Origin: Octopus sinensis
Lineage: Eukaryota
Direction of reading: 5' to 3'
DNA: 64,000 bases
NCBI RefSeq assembly: GCF_006345805.1
Contig: NC_043023.1
Span: 3,038,001-3,102,000, forward strand
The translations under genes were made by a program, and so were the position numbers. Every line of letters begins with the position of its first letter. Position 1 is the stretch's first letter. The notes under the pieces are model-generated. The model was not told the origin of the DNA. It saw only the letters and a list, made by a program, of their open reading frames with translations, and ran no database searches. Positions 48,104 to 61,065 of this stretch are shown piece after piece.

Positions 48104-48918
48104 CACATACATACGCATACACATATATGCCTATGTATCTATATATAACTCCATATATATAGACATACTCATGTATATAAATTCATATATAATATACAGT
48201 ATATATATACATACACGCACACATACATACATATATATATATATAACATACATACATACAGATATATATACACATATATATTTACACACATACATCTATA
48301 TATATACATATACATGTACACACACACATATGCATACAAACACATATACATATGCTTATATATACATACATATTCATACACAGGTACACATATATATATT
48401 TACATGTATACACACATACACATATACATATATGCATATATATTTATATATAAGTCCATACATATAAACATATTCATGTATATAAATTCATATATAATAT
48501 ACAGTATATATATATACATGTATATATATACACACACATACATACATATATATATATAACATACATACATACATACACACAGATATATATACACACATAT
48601 ATTTACACACACATATATATATATACACATATACATGTACACACACACATATACATACAAATACATATATATATACATATGCTTATATATACATACATAT
48701 TCATACACAGGCACACATACATATATACACATATATATATTTATACCATTACAAGCATAGAAATGCTTATGAATGATATTCATACACACAGAGAAAGACA
48801 TACACCTATATACACACACAAATATAAACACACAGTCACACATATATACACATATACAAACACATCATACTTATAGAAACACACACACACACACACATAT
48901 ATACATATATATATACAC

Positions 48919-48950
<32 letters not shown>

Positions 48951-49300
48951 CAAGATATATACATATATATATGCATACATCCACGCACATACACACACAC
49001 ACACACATATATATATATACACATGCATATTCATACATACATATTCACACATGCATTCATACACACACACACATTATATATATATATATATACAAGCGCT
49101 CACACACTCATATGTATTTGTATATATACATACATGCATACATATACATATTCATACACATATATATATGTTCGCATATACATTCACACACATATACATA
49201 CACAGGTGCTCACGCACTCATATATGCATTTATACGCACGCACACATACACACATGTATACACACACACATGTATACACCCATTTACACACTTGCACCTT
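46755..49300. repeat. 2.5-kb (TA/TG/CA)n compound microsatellite with higher-order duplications
   Basis: Direct sequence. Confidence 0.92.
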
Positions 49301-49354
49301 CAGAGTGTCTTCCTTTAAACTCATGATTGTCATAGATTAGCATTTGGCTATACT

Positions 49355-50740
49355 ACCACCACCACTACTACTACTACTACCCAAACTACCACCACCACTA
49401 CCACCATCACCACAACTACCACCATCACATCCACCACCACCACATTCACCACTACTACTACCCAAACCACCACCACCACCTTCACTACTACTACCCAAAC
49501 CACCACTACCACCATCACCATCACCACTACTACTACCCAAACCACCACCACCACCTTCACCACTACTACTACTCAAACCACCACCACCACCACCATCACC
49601 ACTACTACAACCCAAACCACTACTACCACCACCGCTACAGGGGTCTTGAAATTATCATTATCATTATTATTGTTATTTATTATTTATTATTAATTATTAT
49701 TATTATTATTCATGGTATAACATATGATCATCGTCATCATCATCGACGCACCACTCCCACTCAACTGCCCGCCCCACCACGACCACCACAACATTGCTGT
49801 TACACACATTGTGTGCCTAATTAGTTTTTAAAAAGCTGAGAGGACAATATGACTTTACATATGGTTGTGGTGGTGGCGGTGGTGTTGGTGGTGGTGGTGG
49901 TGGTGGTGTTGGCGGTGGTGTTGGTGGTGGTGGTGGTGGTGGTGGTGGTGGTGGTGGTGATTTGGCTCTGGATAATAATTAATATAATGTTGGGGACCAT
50001 GATGACATTGGCAAAGATGACAACGACGATGATGATAACGATGACGATGATGATGGTGATGGTGATGATGATGGTGGTGATGCTGATGATGGTGTTGATT
50101 ATGACAAACAAAATTGTGACGATGATGATAGTGGTAGTGATGATGATGATGATTATGATGATGGTGGTGGTGGTGGTGGTGGTGTTGATGATGATGGTGG
50201 TGGTGATGGTGATGATTATGATGATGGTGGTGGTGGTGGTGGTCGTGATGATGATGATGATGGTTGTGGTGGTGGTGGTCGTGGTGATGATGATTATGAT
50301 GATGGTGGTGGTGGTGGTGGTGGTGATGATGGTGATGGTGATGATGATGGTGGTGGTGGTGGTGGTGGTGGTGGTAGAGATGATGGGAATAATGATGATG
50401 ATGATCATGCAGATGAAAATGGTGATGATGATGGTGGTGATGCTGATGATGGTGTTGATTATGACAAACAAAATTGTGACGATGATGATAGTGGTAGTGA
50501 TGATGATAATGATGATGACGGTGGTGTTGGTGGCAGCGATGATGATGGTGGAAATGGTAATAGTGATGATGATGGTTATGATGATGACAATGATGATTTT
50601 TGACAACAAAGACGGTGCTCCAGCATGGCCACAGTCAAAATGGCTGAAACAAATAAAAGAGAAAGAGAAGAAGAATGATGCTAGTGTTGATGATGATGAT
50701 GACAATGATGATGTGTCTTGATATGGATGATGATAATGAT
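49355..50740. repeat. (CCA/CTA)n and (GGT/GAT)n trinucleotide tracts
   Basis: Direct sequence; the TTATGACAAACAAAATTGTGACG block is duplicated 360 bp apart (about 50099 and 50459). Confidence 0.92.
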
Positions 50741-50993
50741 AATGATTCTTATTTTATCGACCCAGAAAGGATGAAAGATAAAATCAACCTCAGCAGGATT
50801 TGAACTCAGAATGTAAAGACGGACGAAATGCCAGCATGGTAAAGATTCTCCCAGCCTTAATAATAATGATAATAATAATAATAATGGCTACTGTTGCTGC
50901 TACTGCTGCTGATGATGATGAGAATGATGGTGCTTATTATGATTGTTATTATTATGACCTGGCAGAATTGTTAGTTCACCAGGCAAAATGCTC

Positions 50994-51738
50994 ATCAGTG
51001 CAAACCTCCACCAAGGCAAGACGAATGTCCTCTCAATGATTAGCCGGAGATTATTTTTAAAATGAAATTATCTGAAATAAACTCAACTGCTCTCACAAAC
51101 GAGAATACTAAAAATGAACCTGACTGCTCTCAAAAATTAAGTAAAGAAAACAGGAAAAATAATCCGGAATCCTTGTCCGGTACCAGATCAATCCCAAAAT
51201 CTAATCAGTTTGTGCCAGTAACAAGGCCAAACGTCCCTGAAAGTTCCATGCAAATCCGTTCAGCAGTTCTTGAGATATCTTGTCCACAGACAAACAAACA
51301 AATGCGACTGAAAACAATACCGCCACTTTCGCTAAGGCGGAGGTAATAATAATAATAATGATAATAATATATAACAAGAGCACTTGGAGAGTGCAAACTT
51401 CCACCAAGGCAACACCAATGTCCTCTCAACGATTAACCAGAGATGATTTTAAAATGAGAATATCTGAAATAAACTCAAATGCTCTCACAAACAAGAATGC
51501 TAAAAATGAACCCAACTGCTCTCAAAAATTAAGTAAAAAAACAGGAAAAATAATCCAGAATCCTTGTCCAGTACCAGATCAATCCCAAAATTTAATCAGC
51601 TTGTGCTAGTCACAAGGTAAAACATCCCTGAAAGTTTCATCCAAATCCATCCATCGATTCTTGAGATATCTTGTCCACAGACAAACAAACAAATGCGACT
51701 GAAAACAATACCTCTGCTTTTGCTAAGCTGGAGGTAAT
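50994..51738 (-). mobile_element. Two tandem DINE-1/HINE-like copies (50994-51347, 51373-51738)
   Basis: Both are reverse complements of 43886-44206, separated by (AAT)n. Confidence 0.65.
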
Positions 51739-52039
51739 AATTCTTTCTCCTATAAGCACAAGGTCTGGAATTTGAGGGGGAGGGAGATTGTCAATCACAT
51801 CAACCCCAGTACTTGACTGATTCTTATTTTATCGACCCAGAAAGGATGAAAGATAAAATCAACCTCAGCAGGATTTGAACTCAGAATGTAAAGACGGATG
51901 AAATGCCAGCATGGTAAAGATTCTGCCAGCTCTCTGCCTTAATAATAATAATAATGATAATAATAACAATAATAATAATAATAATGATAATAATAACAAT
52001 AATAATAATAATAATAATGGTTTCAAAGTTTGCCGCAAG

Positions 52040-52204
52040 GGCAGACATTTTGGGGGAAGGGATGAGTTGATTACATTGGCCCCAGTGCATGACTGCTACT
52101 TATTTTATTGACCCCGAAAAAATGAAAGGCAAAGTTGACCTCGGTGGAATTTGAACTCGGATCGGAGCAATGGGCAAAATACCACTAATAATAATAATAT
52201 TAAT

Positions 52205-52241
<37 letters not shown>

Positions 52242-52455
52242 GTTTTAAATTTTTGGCACAAGGCCAGCAATTTAGGGTGTATGGTAAGTCAATTACATTA
52301 ACTCCCAGTGCTCAACTGCTAATTACTTTATTAGCCCCAAAAGGATTATAAGCAGACTCAACCTTGGCGGAATTTGAACTCAGAACAAAAAGACAGATGA
52401 AATGCCACAAAGCATTTTACCCAGCATGCAAACGATTCTACCAGTCCACTACCTT
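52040..52455 (+). mobile_element. SINE family 2 fragments interspersed with (AAT)n
   Basis: GAAAGGCAAAGTTGACCTCGGTGGAATTTGAACTC-type core pieces at 52125-52160 and 52355-52385 (complementary orientation to the 15410 copy, so element strand is uncertain). Confidence 0.55.
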
Positions 52456-53046
52456 CGATTGTGATGAAATAACGAAAGAAATATTTACTGAACAAATGAG
52501 TAATATTAGATGAATAAAGGGATATGAAGAAAAACGAGACACAACATAGGAAAATTACCCAAATAGGGAATAAGAAGTGTAAATATTTAGTGGCCCAAAG
52601 AAAACCACTGTGAGTGGTGTTTTCTGCTAGTGTTTATGTACAATTACATATAATGTTGTACTTTGGGAGGGTCATTTTGCCAATGAGAACACATACACTG
52701 GTTGCATTTCACTTCATTTTATAATTATTGGCCAACTTGTTAACTAATTCATTTCTAGCTTGCTCGGTCAGTTAATTTGTTGGTTCATTAGTGACTTTTT
52801 GTATCTATGACCTCATCAATAATGTGACCTTTGTATTTCAGGTCTGTACTTTTGTATCCAAAATGATTCCATATCCTGAACCCTGCAAAATCAAATACAC
52901 ATGTGTAGCAGCTTGCTGGCCACTTTATTCCAATTTCCAATTTTCTAAGCTCTCTTCACAGCCAACTAACATTCTAGAATTCTTTTATTTTCTTTAGAAT
53001 CCTGACTCACTCTGCACTTATAAGTTTGTTTGCAACATGTCTGTGT

Positions 53047-53450
53047 GTGTGTGTGTGGCTGTGTGATAAGAAGCTTGCTTACTAACCACATGGTTCCGAG
53101 TTCAGTTCCCATTCTGTAACAGTGACACCTTGGGAGAGTGTCTTTTACTATAGCCCCAGGTCAACCAAAGCCTTATGTGTGAATTTGGTAGATGAAAAGT
53201 GAAAGAAGACTTTCATGTGTATGTGTGTGTGTGTGTGACTTTGTATTTTTGTCCCCTACCCCTACCACTTAACCAGTGCTGTTGTGTTTATATTCCAATA
53301 ACATAGTGGTTCGGCAAATGAAACTAATAAAATAAGTACCCGGCTTAGAAAATACAAGTGCTGGGATCAATTCATTTGACTAAATTTTCTTCAAGGTAGT
53401 GCCCCAGCATGGCCACAGTTTAATGATTGAAACAAGTGAAGGATAAAGGA
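53047..53450 (+). mobile_element. SINE family 1, old diverged copy
   Basis: Colinear head, body and tail. Confidence 0.78.
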
Positions 53451-53469
53451 TATATATATACACACAATT

Positions 53470-54162
53470 ACACAGATGGATTGAGGTTCACTACAGCTGT
53501 TTCAAACATGTTCTTTATTGATGAACAAAAGTGTTACATCATGCAAAAAAAACCCCCCATTTTCTTCAGGTCAATTATGACTAAAATTTAACCCTATGGA
53601 TTCCCCATGAAAAGAAAACATACTGCAGTTTAACCCTGAGAGACACTCTCTCATCTGTAACCCAGATGGGAGGGTCAACATGTATTATGTTCTATTTATG
53701 CGAAGAATCCTTTATGTAAATTGAAGTCATCTAGATACTGTGGTGAGAGAAAATTTTTTTAATGTTTTAGTGAAGTAGGAATGGTATATTGTAAGTAAGA
53801 TATATTTATGCAAAGATGAAGGGTTTTCTTTAATCCTTTTGATACTAATCCCACCGAAACCATCCTTGGGTCTATGGTACAAACTTAAAGTTCTAAAATG
53901 ATCTCAGTTAAAACAGCCTCTTAAAATTTCACTTAAATTTATGTCTCAAACTCCTGTGAAATAATGACAAAATTCATCATCATCATCATCATTTAACATC
54001 TGTTTTCTATGCTGGCATGAGTTGGATGGTTTATTTACGTAAAAGAATCCTTTATGTAATTGACCTGAAGAAATCAGCTTTTTTTTTGCATGATGTAACA
54101 TTCTTGTTCATCAATTTAGAACATGTTTGAAACAGCTGTAGTGAAACTCAATCCATTTGTGT
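53470..54162. mobile_element. Inverted pair of Penelope-like tails with degenerate HHRs
   Basis: 53470-53577 is approximately the reverse complement of 54057-54162; each arm has CTGAAGA...GAAAC-AGCT-GTA pointing outward. Confidence 0.7.
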
Positions 54163-55012
54163 TATTGTTTATACATTGCAACTATATGGTATCAGGTTCA
54201 GTTTTACTGCACAGAATCTTGTGTAAGAGTATTCTATTTTAAACCCCACCCACGCCAACCGACTGATGCCTTGGAGGTGAATTTGGTAGACAAATTTTAT
54301 GGAATTCCAACATCATCATCATTTAACATCCACTTTCTATGTTAGATGGTTTGATTGAAACCGGTAGATGGTTAGATGGTTTGACTGAAACCGGTAAGCC
54401 AGAAATCTGCACCAGGTTCCAGTCTGATTTAGCATGGTTTCTGTAGCTGGATGCCCTTCCTAATGCCAACCACTCCAAGAGTATAATGGTTGCTTTTAAT
54501 GTGCCACTAGCATGTGTGCCACTTACATGGCACTGGTAATGGCCATGACTACAATTTTACTATGAACCTTCCCTGGGTTGGATCTAGAGCCTATAGTCAA
54601 CTGTAGAGTATGTGCTGTGAGTTTACTCCTGTGAAACTTTCCATACACATTGTGTATTTAGTCTGTATTTGTGAATATATGCATAACTGGAAGGACAAAT
54701 CCATATTTACTTTAGTATGTATGTGTGTGCTCCTGCACATTGTTAGCACATAGGTGCACTATGCCCAACTCTACCCTGGTGCCTTTGCCATTTAAATGCC
54801 TTCCTTCTATCAGATTGTGGCTGTGTGTTAAGAAGCTTTTTTCCCTACCACATGGTTATGGGTTCAGTGCCACTGCATGGCACTGTGGGCAAGTGTCTTC
54901 TTCTATAAACTCAGGCTGACCAAAGCTTTGTGAGTGGATCTGACAGGTAGAAACTGAAAGAAGCCCATTGAGTGTGTGTGTGTTTGTGTTTATGTATATA
55001 TATATATATATA

Positions 55013-55520
55013 CTAGCAGTATCGCCCGGCGTTGCTCGGGTTTGTAAGGGAAATAACTATATAAGCATTTTTAGAGAGTTACTTCCCTTATAGATGCCAA
55101 TTTGGGCTTTCTTAGCCATTTCTGTTTTGGTGTCTTCAAGCCATGAAGTCGTTGTTCTAAAAGAACGCTGGTCTCCTTGACAACGCTTTACGACTTTAAT
55201 TTCCTTACACTCCCTTCCCCACAGCTTCACGAGGGAGGGAAGAAGGGGGAGAAGCAAACACAGGTGCAGGTGTGACCATGGACGCCAACTCCGCCGCCAT
55301 CGACACACGAAAAATTATGCATTAAAATGGAATAAAAAATTATGTTAAATTATTTTTAAAATCGTAGACTCATCGTAGACGTGCGCTAATACTCAGATGG
55401 GCTCGATATTAATCACGACTATAAGATACCCGAATTTGGTTAAACTGCACCGCAAAATGTGGGAGTAGTTAGGAATCTAAATTGAAGGGGACAGACACTC
55501 ACACAACTACAGTTTTATAT
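55013..55520 (-). mobile_element. Non-autonomous Helitron (Lep1-like)
   Basis: Minus-strand 3' end has hairpin CCCG-AGCAACGC-CGGG (55040-55025), 8-nt spacer and CTAG (55016-55013); the 5' end merges into (TA)n after GTGTGAGTGTCTGTC. Confidence 0.75.
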
Positions 55521-55540
55521 ATATATATATATATATATAC

Positions 55541-56818
55541 CTTAGGGTTAACCTAACAAAAACCAATGTCATAGTAAGTAGGAAGGCAGACAAATCACAA
55601 ATCCCCTCGGGTAGATGGCCGTGCTCGATCTGTAGAAAAGATGTAGGTAGGAACTCCATAAGGTGCACCCATTGTAAGCTTTGGACATGCAAAAAGTGCA
55701 GCAATATGGAAAGAAGGTAAACAGAGAAACTATCGTTTGTATGTGGGAGATGTGCAGGAATGATAAATGCTGGACAGGTGCAGAAAATAGATTCCATCAG
55801 CTGCCAAGGGAGCAAGCTAGAGACAGTAGACAGCTTCCGGTATCCAGTGGACCAGGTTAGTATTAGAGGTAGTTGTTCTGAGAGCAATAAGATTAGCCTG
55901 CGCAAAGTTCAGAGAGCTCCTACCCCTGATGGCAACAAAGGGCCTCTCTCTCAGAGAGAAAAGCAGGTTGTTTGATACCTGTGTGTGAACAGCAATGCTA
56001 CATGGCAGTGAAACATGGGCTACAACAGCTGAGGACATCTGTAGGCTTGAAAGAAATGAAACCAGTATGCTTTGCTGGATGTGCAATGTCAGTGTGCATG
56101 TATGACTGAGTGTATGCATCTTGAGAGGAAAGTTAGGCTTAAGAGGAATCAGATGTGGTGTGCAGGAGAGACGACTGTGCTGGTATGGTCATGTGATGTG
56201 TATAGACGTGGGCAGTTGTGGAATGAAGTGCTGGTCTCTATTGTGGAGGGCACCTTTTGAGCATTGGGCTTGACGGAGGCAAAGTGGCCAAGTTCCTTTC
56301 AAGTGTTGGGCCTCACAGAGGCAAGGTAGCGGAGTTCCTTTTGAGTGTTGGGCCTCATGGAGGCTGAGTGGCTGAGCTCCTGGGTCTCATGGAGGAAAAG
56401 TGGCCGAGTTCCTTTCAAGTGTTGAGCCTCACGGAGGTGAGGTGACTAAGTTCCTGTTGAGCAGGTTTCACAGAGTTGAGGTGGTTGAGTTCCTTTCGAG
56501 CATTGGGCCTCATGGATGCAACGACCAAGACCTTTGGCATTATGTCATGCTTGAGAAGAAGACCCATCAAGCCAAGCAAAATCTCAGTTGTGACAGATAC
56601 CAGTGTCATACAAATGGCACCTGTGCCAGTGGCACATAAAAGCACCCACTACACTCTCAGAGTGGTTGGCATTAGGAAGGGCATCCAGCTGTAGAAATCC
56701 ATGCCAAATAAGACTGGATTGATCCTGGCACAGCCTTCCAGCATGCCAGCCTAGTCAAACCGTCCAACCCATGCCAGCATGGACAATGGATGTTAAATGA
56801 TGATGATGATGATGATGA
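55541..56818 (+). mobile_element. 5'-truncated RTE copy (RT C-terminal half with PHD-like finger, 3' UTR, (GAT)n tail), decayed
   Basis: LRVNLTKTNVIVSRKADKSQIPSGRWPCSICRKDVGRNSIRCTHCKLWTCKKCSN..*..FVCGRC...KLETVDSFRY; stops and frameshifts present. Confidence 0.92.
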
Positions 56819-56939
56819 TAAGTAGTAGATGATATCATTGCCAAATTTTTTTATCTGTTATTTATTTTATCGATTTTTGTTTATAAATCTGCTAAGTGAT
56901 ATTGGAGACATGTCTGTCACTGTCTTTGCCACTTTCACT

Positions 56940-57500
56940 AACACCAGTAGCATGACCATCACCACTGAATCCATCACAGCCACCACCATCGTCACCTTTA
57001 GCAGCTCTATCACAACTGTCTCCAGCTTCCCCACATCCACCATCATCATCACCACCACCACCACCACCACTATCACCACCACCACAACAACAACAATCAT
57101 CACACCATTACAATCACTACCACTACCACCACAACCACAACCATCACCACTACAACTATCACCACTATCACCACCACCATCACAATCACTACCACAACCG
57201 CAATCACCACCACCACTACAATCACCAGCACTATCATCACCACCACCACCACTATCATCACCATCACCACAACCATCACCACTACAACTATCACCACCAC
57301 CACTATCATCACCATCAACACAACCATTACCACTACAACTATCACCACCACCACTATCACCACCTCCACTATCACCACAACCCACACTATCACGATCACC
57401 ATCACCACTACCACAATCACCACCACCACCACAATCACCACCACACTACCTCCACCATCGCTATTGCCAGCACTAACATTCTCACCACCACCACTACCAC
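56940..57500. repeat. (CAC/CAT/CTA)n trinucleotide tract
   Basis: Direct sequence. Confidence 0.92.
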
Positions 57501-58459
57501 CAACCTGTTATCCAAAATAATTTAGCAACTTAGTGATAGATCTATATCTAAATGCCTTGGAGAAAATTTGAACATCAATTTGCTAATGTAGGGGGATAGT
57601 GATGTGTATATATGTGTGTTTTTCTAAGGGTGCATATTTGTGTGTGTATAGGCATGTGTCTGTATGTGTACCTCAGTGTGTGAGACTTGCTTGTGATTAT
57701 GTGCATACATACATACATATATATGTATGTATGTATGTATGTGTGTGTGTATATGCATATAGATAGATAGATAGATAGATAGATAGAGATACAGACACAT
57801 TTTATACACATATGCACAAACACACACAGACACACATAAATATTATATATAAATTGTGCACACATATTTGTATACAGAAATATTAGTCCATATAAACAAG
57901 CATATATAAACACTGATATATACAAGCACACACACACACATATATATATATACACATATATATAAAATACCATCATAGATATGTGTGTGCTTAGATATAT
58001 ATATATAATATATATATATAATATATATATATATCTATATATTATGCACACATACCAATATATATATATATATTGTACTCAGTTGAAAGATGCCTGTTGC
58101 TATTTCTTGTTGTATTCGTAATTGTGTATCATGTTCTTGGTTTTTTTGTTTGTTTGTTTATTTTCATCATTGCTACCGTACACATTCGCTAGCTTTCTTA
58201 TAAAGGGGTCTAATACTCAAGCTTAGACTTTTTGGGGGACAAACAGATAGAACCATCTCAAGTGTAACTGTCCAAAATGGTTGTGACTTCTGGAACTTCA
58301 CTGAAGAAAGAAGGCCACGAATGACCCATCTCTTTTTGCCTGTCCTTCTAATTGTTGCTTCTCTTGTCCGCCTTTGTATCATTTATCGGTCCAAATGTTT
58401 TATTGTCCTCTATTGCATTTTTGTTTCATTCTTACATTTATATGCATATATATATGTGA

Positions 58460-58650
58460 TCGCGTGTGTATCGTTGGCGATTTTTTCCCTCTGTCTTCTC
58501 TTCCTTGGATCTTTCCATTTTCTTTGTTTCTGACGAAGACCTCCACTCGAAACGTTAAACCCTCCTTCTTTCCTGAGTGTCCAATAATACTATATTTGTT
58601 CCTCGTCCTCGCGCTGTTGTGTTTTCATGTTTGGATTAACTTTATATGTG
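58460..58650 (+). mobile_element. Penelope-like tail repeat (family D) with HHR motif at 58526-58560
   Basis: GTTT|CTGACGA|A|GACC-TCC-ACTC|GAAAC-GTT|AAAC; canonical core but stem II broken by two substitutions. Confidence 0.7.
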
Positions 58651-59229
58651 TGTGTGTGTGTGCATACATATACACATGTATTTGGAAGAATAGAAAACAA
58701 TATATCTCAATGATATTTCAGAACTTTCTTTCATTTTTCTCTACAGCTGTTTCCATAACTTACTTGAGAACCTAATCAACTGCAAAATAAATACATTAAT
58801 TCTAGTCATAAAGTTTAATTGAATGCACAGAGCAAGTCATTCTGTCTTTGAAATGTCTACCCAACTCATTACTACTAAATTGGTACGTAATGACATAACA
58901 AGGAACTGAGCCCTCGAATTTGGAGGTAATTGGAAACTGAAAGAAGCCCATTGTATATATATATTTATTCTTTCTTTTATTTGTTTATTTTTTCAGTTTT
59001 TTCACTACGGCCTTGCTGGAGTACCACCTTTACTCGAAGAAATCGACCCCAGGGATAATTCTTTGTAAACCTAGTACTTATTCTATCAGTCATAATATTC
59101 CTCACTCTATCTGTTGCATTGTTTCCCTTATTGAATCTTTTGTTGAACTCCTAAAGCAAAATATGTCGAACATGCTTCTTTGTCACTTCCATTATAGCTT
59201 TGGAAAAGTAACTGTTAAAATCGAACTGC

Positions 59230-59850
59230 ACTGGATGAGGTGGTGAAACATGACCTTCGAATATTAGGCCTTACCAAGGCAATGACTAGTGACCAAGACC
59301 TTTGGAAATATGCTGTGCTTGAGAAGACCCGGCAAGCCAAGTGAGACCATAGCCTTGTGGTCTATGCCAGGGGTGTAACCGGCCCACTTAGGCATACCTT
59401 TCCTTCGTGGAGCGCTAAGAGTACCATACAAGCGTGATCTTTGCCAGAGCTGCTAAATGGCTTCCATGCCGGTGGCACATAAAAAGCACCATTCAAGCAT
59501 GATTTTTACCAGTGTCGCCTTACTGGCACTTCTGCCGATGGCACAGAAAAAAACATTTGAGCAAGGTCATTGCCAGTGCCGCTGGACTGGCTCCTGTGCA
59601 GGTGGCACGTAAAAAACCACTTGAGCATGGACGTTGCCAGTACCGCCTGACTGGCCTTCGTGCCAGTGGCACGTAAAAAGCACCCACTACACTCTCGGAG
59701 TGGTTAGCGTTAGGAAGGGCATCCAGCTGTAGAATCTCTGCCAGATCAAGATTGGAGCCTGGTGCAGCTATCTGGTTCACCAGACCTCACTCAAATCGTC
59801 CAACCCATGCTAGCACGGAAAGCAGATGTTAAACGATGATGATGATGATA
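59230..59850 (+). mobile_element. RTE 3' end with four ~64-bp UTR modules
   Basis: WMRW*NMTF/DEVVKHDL..LGLTKAMTSDQDLWKYAVLEKTR ORF end, modules at about 59467, 59533, 59596 and 59660, (GAT)n tail. Confidence 0.88.
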
Positions 59851-60166
59851 ATGATGACTCTTCAAATCTTGCACTAAGAATAAGGACAAGGTAAAATTCT
59901 TACCTTCTTTTATAGCAAGTTGATGCAGGTAGCTTACCCCATCCCCCTCTGACTTTATGCCTTTCCTCATCTCCATTTATGAATCTATAGCATATCCGGA
60001 TTTTTAGTTTGATTAGAATTTATTGTCTCATGTTGAATAAAATTTTTACTTTCAATGCAATTGAAAAAACTGCATTATTTATGGGATGACCCAATATATA
60101 TGTGTATAAGCGTGTGTGTGCAATTTTGATATTGAATTTACAAATTACGAAGAAAAAATCACGGAT

Positions 60167-60218
60167 TAGTAACAGCTGTTTCACTTGATCAGCCAATTAA
60201 CTGATCAGTGAGCATCAA
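60167..60218 (-). ncRNA. Degenerate hammerhead-like motif
   Basis: TTGATGC...ACTGATCAG-TTAATTGG-CTGATCAAGT|GAAAC-AGCT-GTT; core positions 3 and 9 mutated. Confidence 0.35.
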
Positions 60219-61065
60219 GCCGTCACATGATGCAGTCTTCTTGAACCTTGTAGAAAAAGACAAGTTTTTAGGGTCAATTCTTTACAAAGCATTGAAGGCA
60301 ACCTGGATGAAATACCTGGGATATTTACGCAGGGACCAACTGATGCATTTCACAGATCTCACCTCTTGCCTGAGAATGCTGGAAATCAGCATCATTAAAA
60401 GAAACCACATTCTCATTTTTCAGCATTTAACAGTTGTTTTAACAACTTCTTATTCAACCGAACAGACAACAGCGACAGAACTGCAAGCCAGGAATCTGGT
60501 TTCATTTATCAACATCATTTATCTTGACAGCTTAGTCACAGAACCTATTTAACCAACCAGTCCGTCATAACGACAGAATTGTCTTTTCCAGGGTCTCTGT
60601 TTTGTTGTTTGTATTATTAATTCAAAACCAAAATGGAAAAAATGTTTTGTGCAGGGAATAAAGTGCCTGTTAATTGCTCACAAGTGTTATGCATCATTTA
60701 TACACAACCAGAACCCAACTTGACCATCAGCATCTCCATATCATTCCTTCCATGACCTATGCAATGTGTTGTAACAATCTCATGACAATTGGTGACACTC
60801 ACTGGATTTGAACACACAACCTTCTGGTTGCAATTACTGTGAATAAATGATGAACAACAAAGGCACAGGCATGGCTGTGTGGTAAAAGTCTTGGTTTCTG
60901 ACCATATGGTTCCAGGTTCAGTCCTACTGCATGGCACCTTTGGCAAGTGTCTTCTACTATAGCCTCGGGCTGACCAAAGTCTTGTGAATGGATTTGGCAG
61001 ATGGAAACTGAGAGAAGCCTGTTGAATATATATATATACATACATACATATATATGTAGGTTATA

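Noticed and set aside
49821-50721. 290-aa Val/Met and Ile/Thr ORFs, and the Pro-rich ORFs at 49344 and 56829
   Set aside because: (GGT/GAT/CCA)n repeats; extensin-like appearance is compositional.
52770-52990. Coding-like fragments (ESFWIQKY, YGIILDTK) on the minus strand
   Set aside because: Different frames suggest different TE classes and none is sustained; unresolved decayed sequence.
58173-58382. 69-aa ORF and possible exon
   Set aside because: No recognisable motif or splice context; adjacent to a Penelope-like tail.
60208-60552. 114-aa ORF with normal-looking composition
   Set aside because: Non-ATG start, no homology recognised, abuts a degenerate HHR; likely decayed TE sequence.
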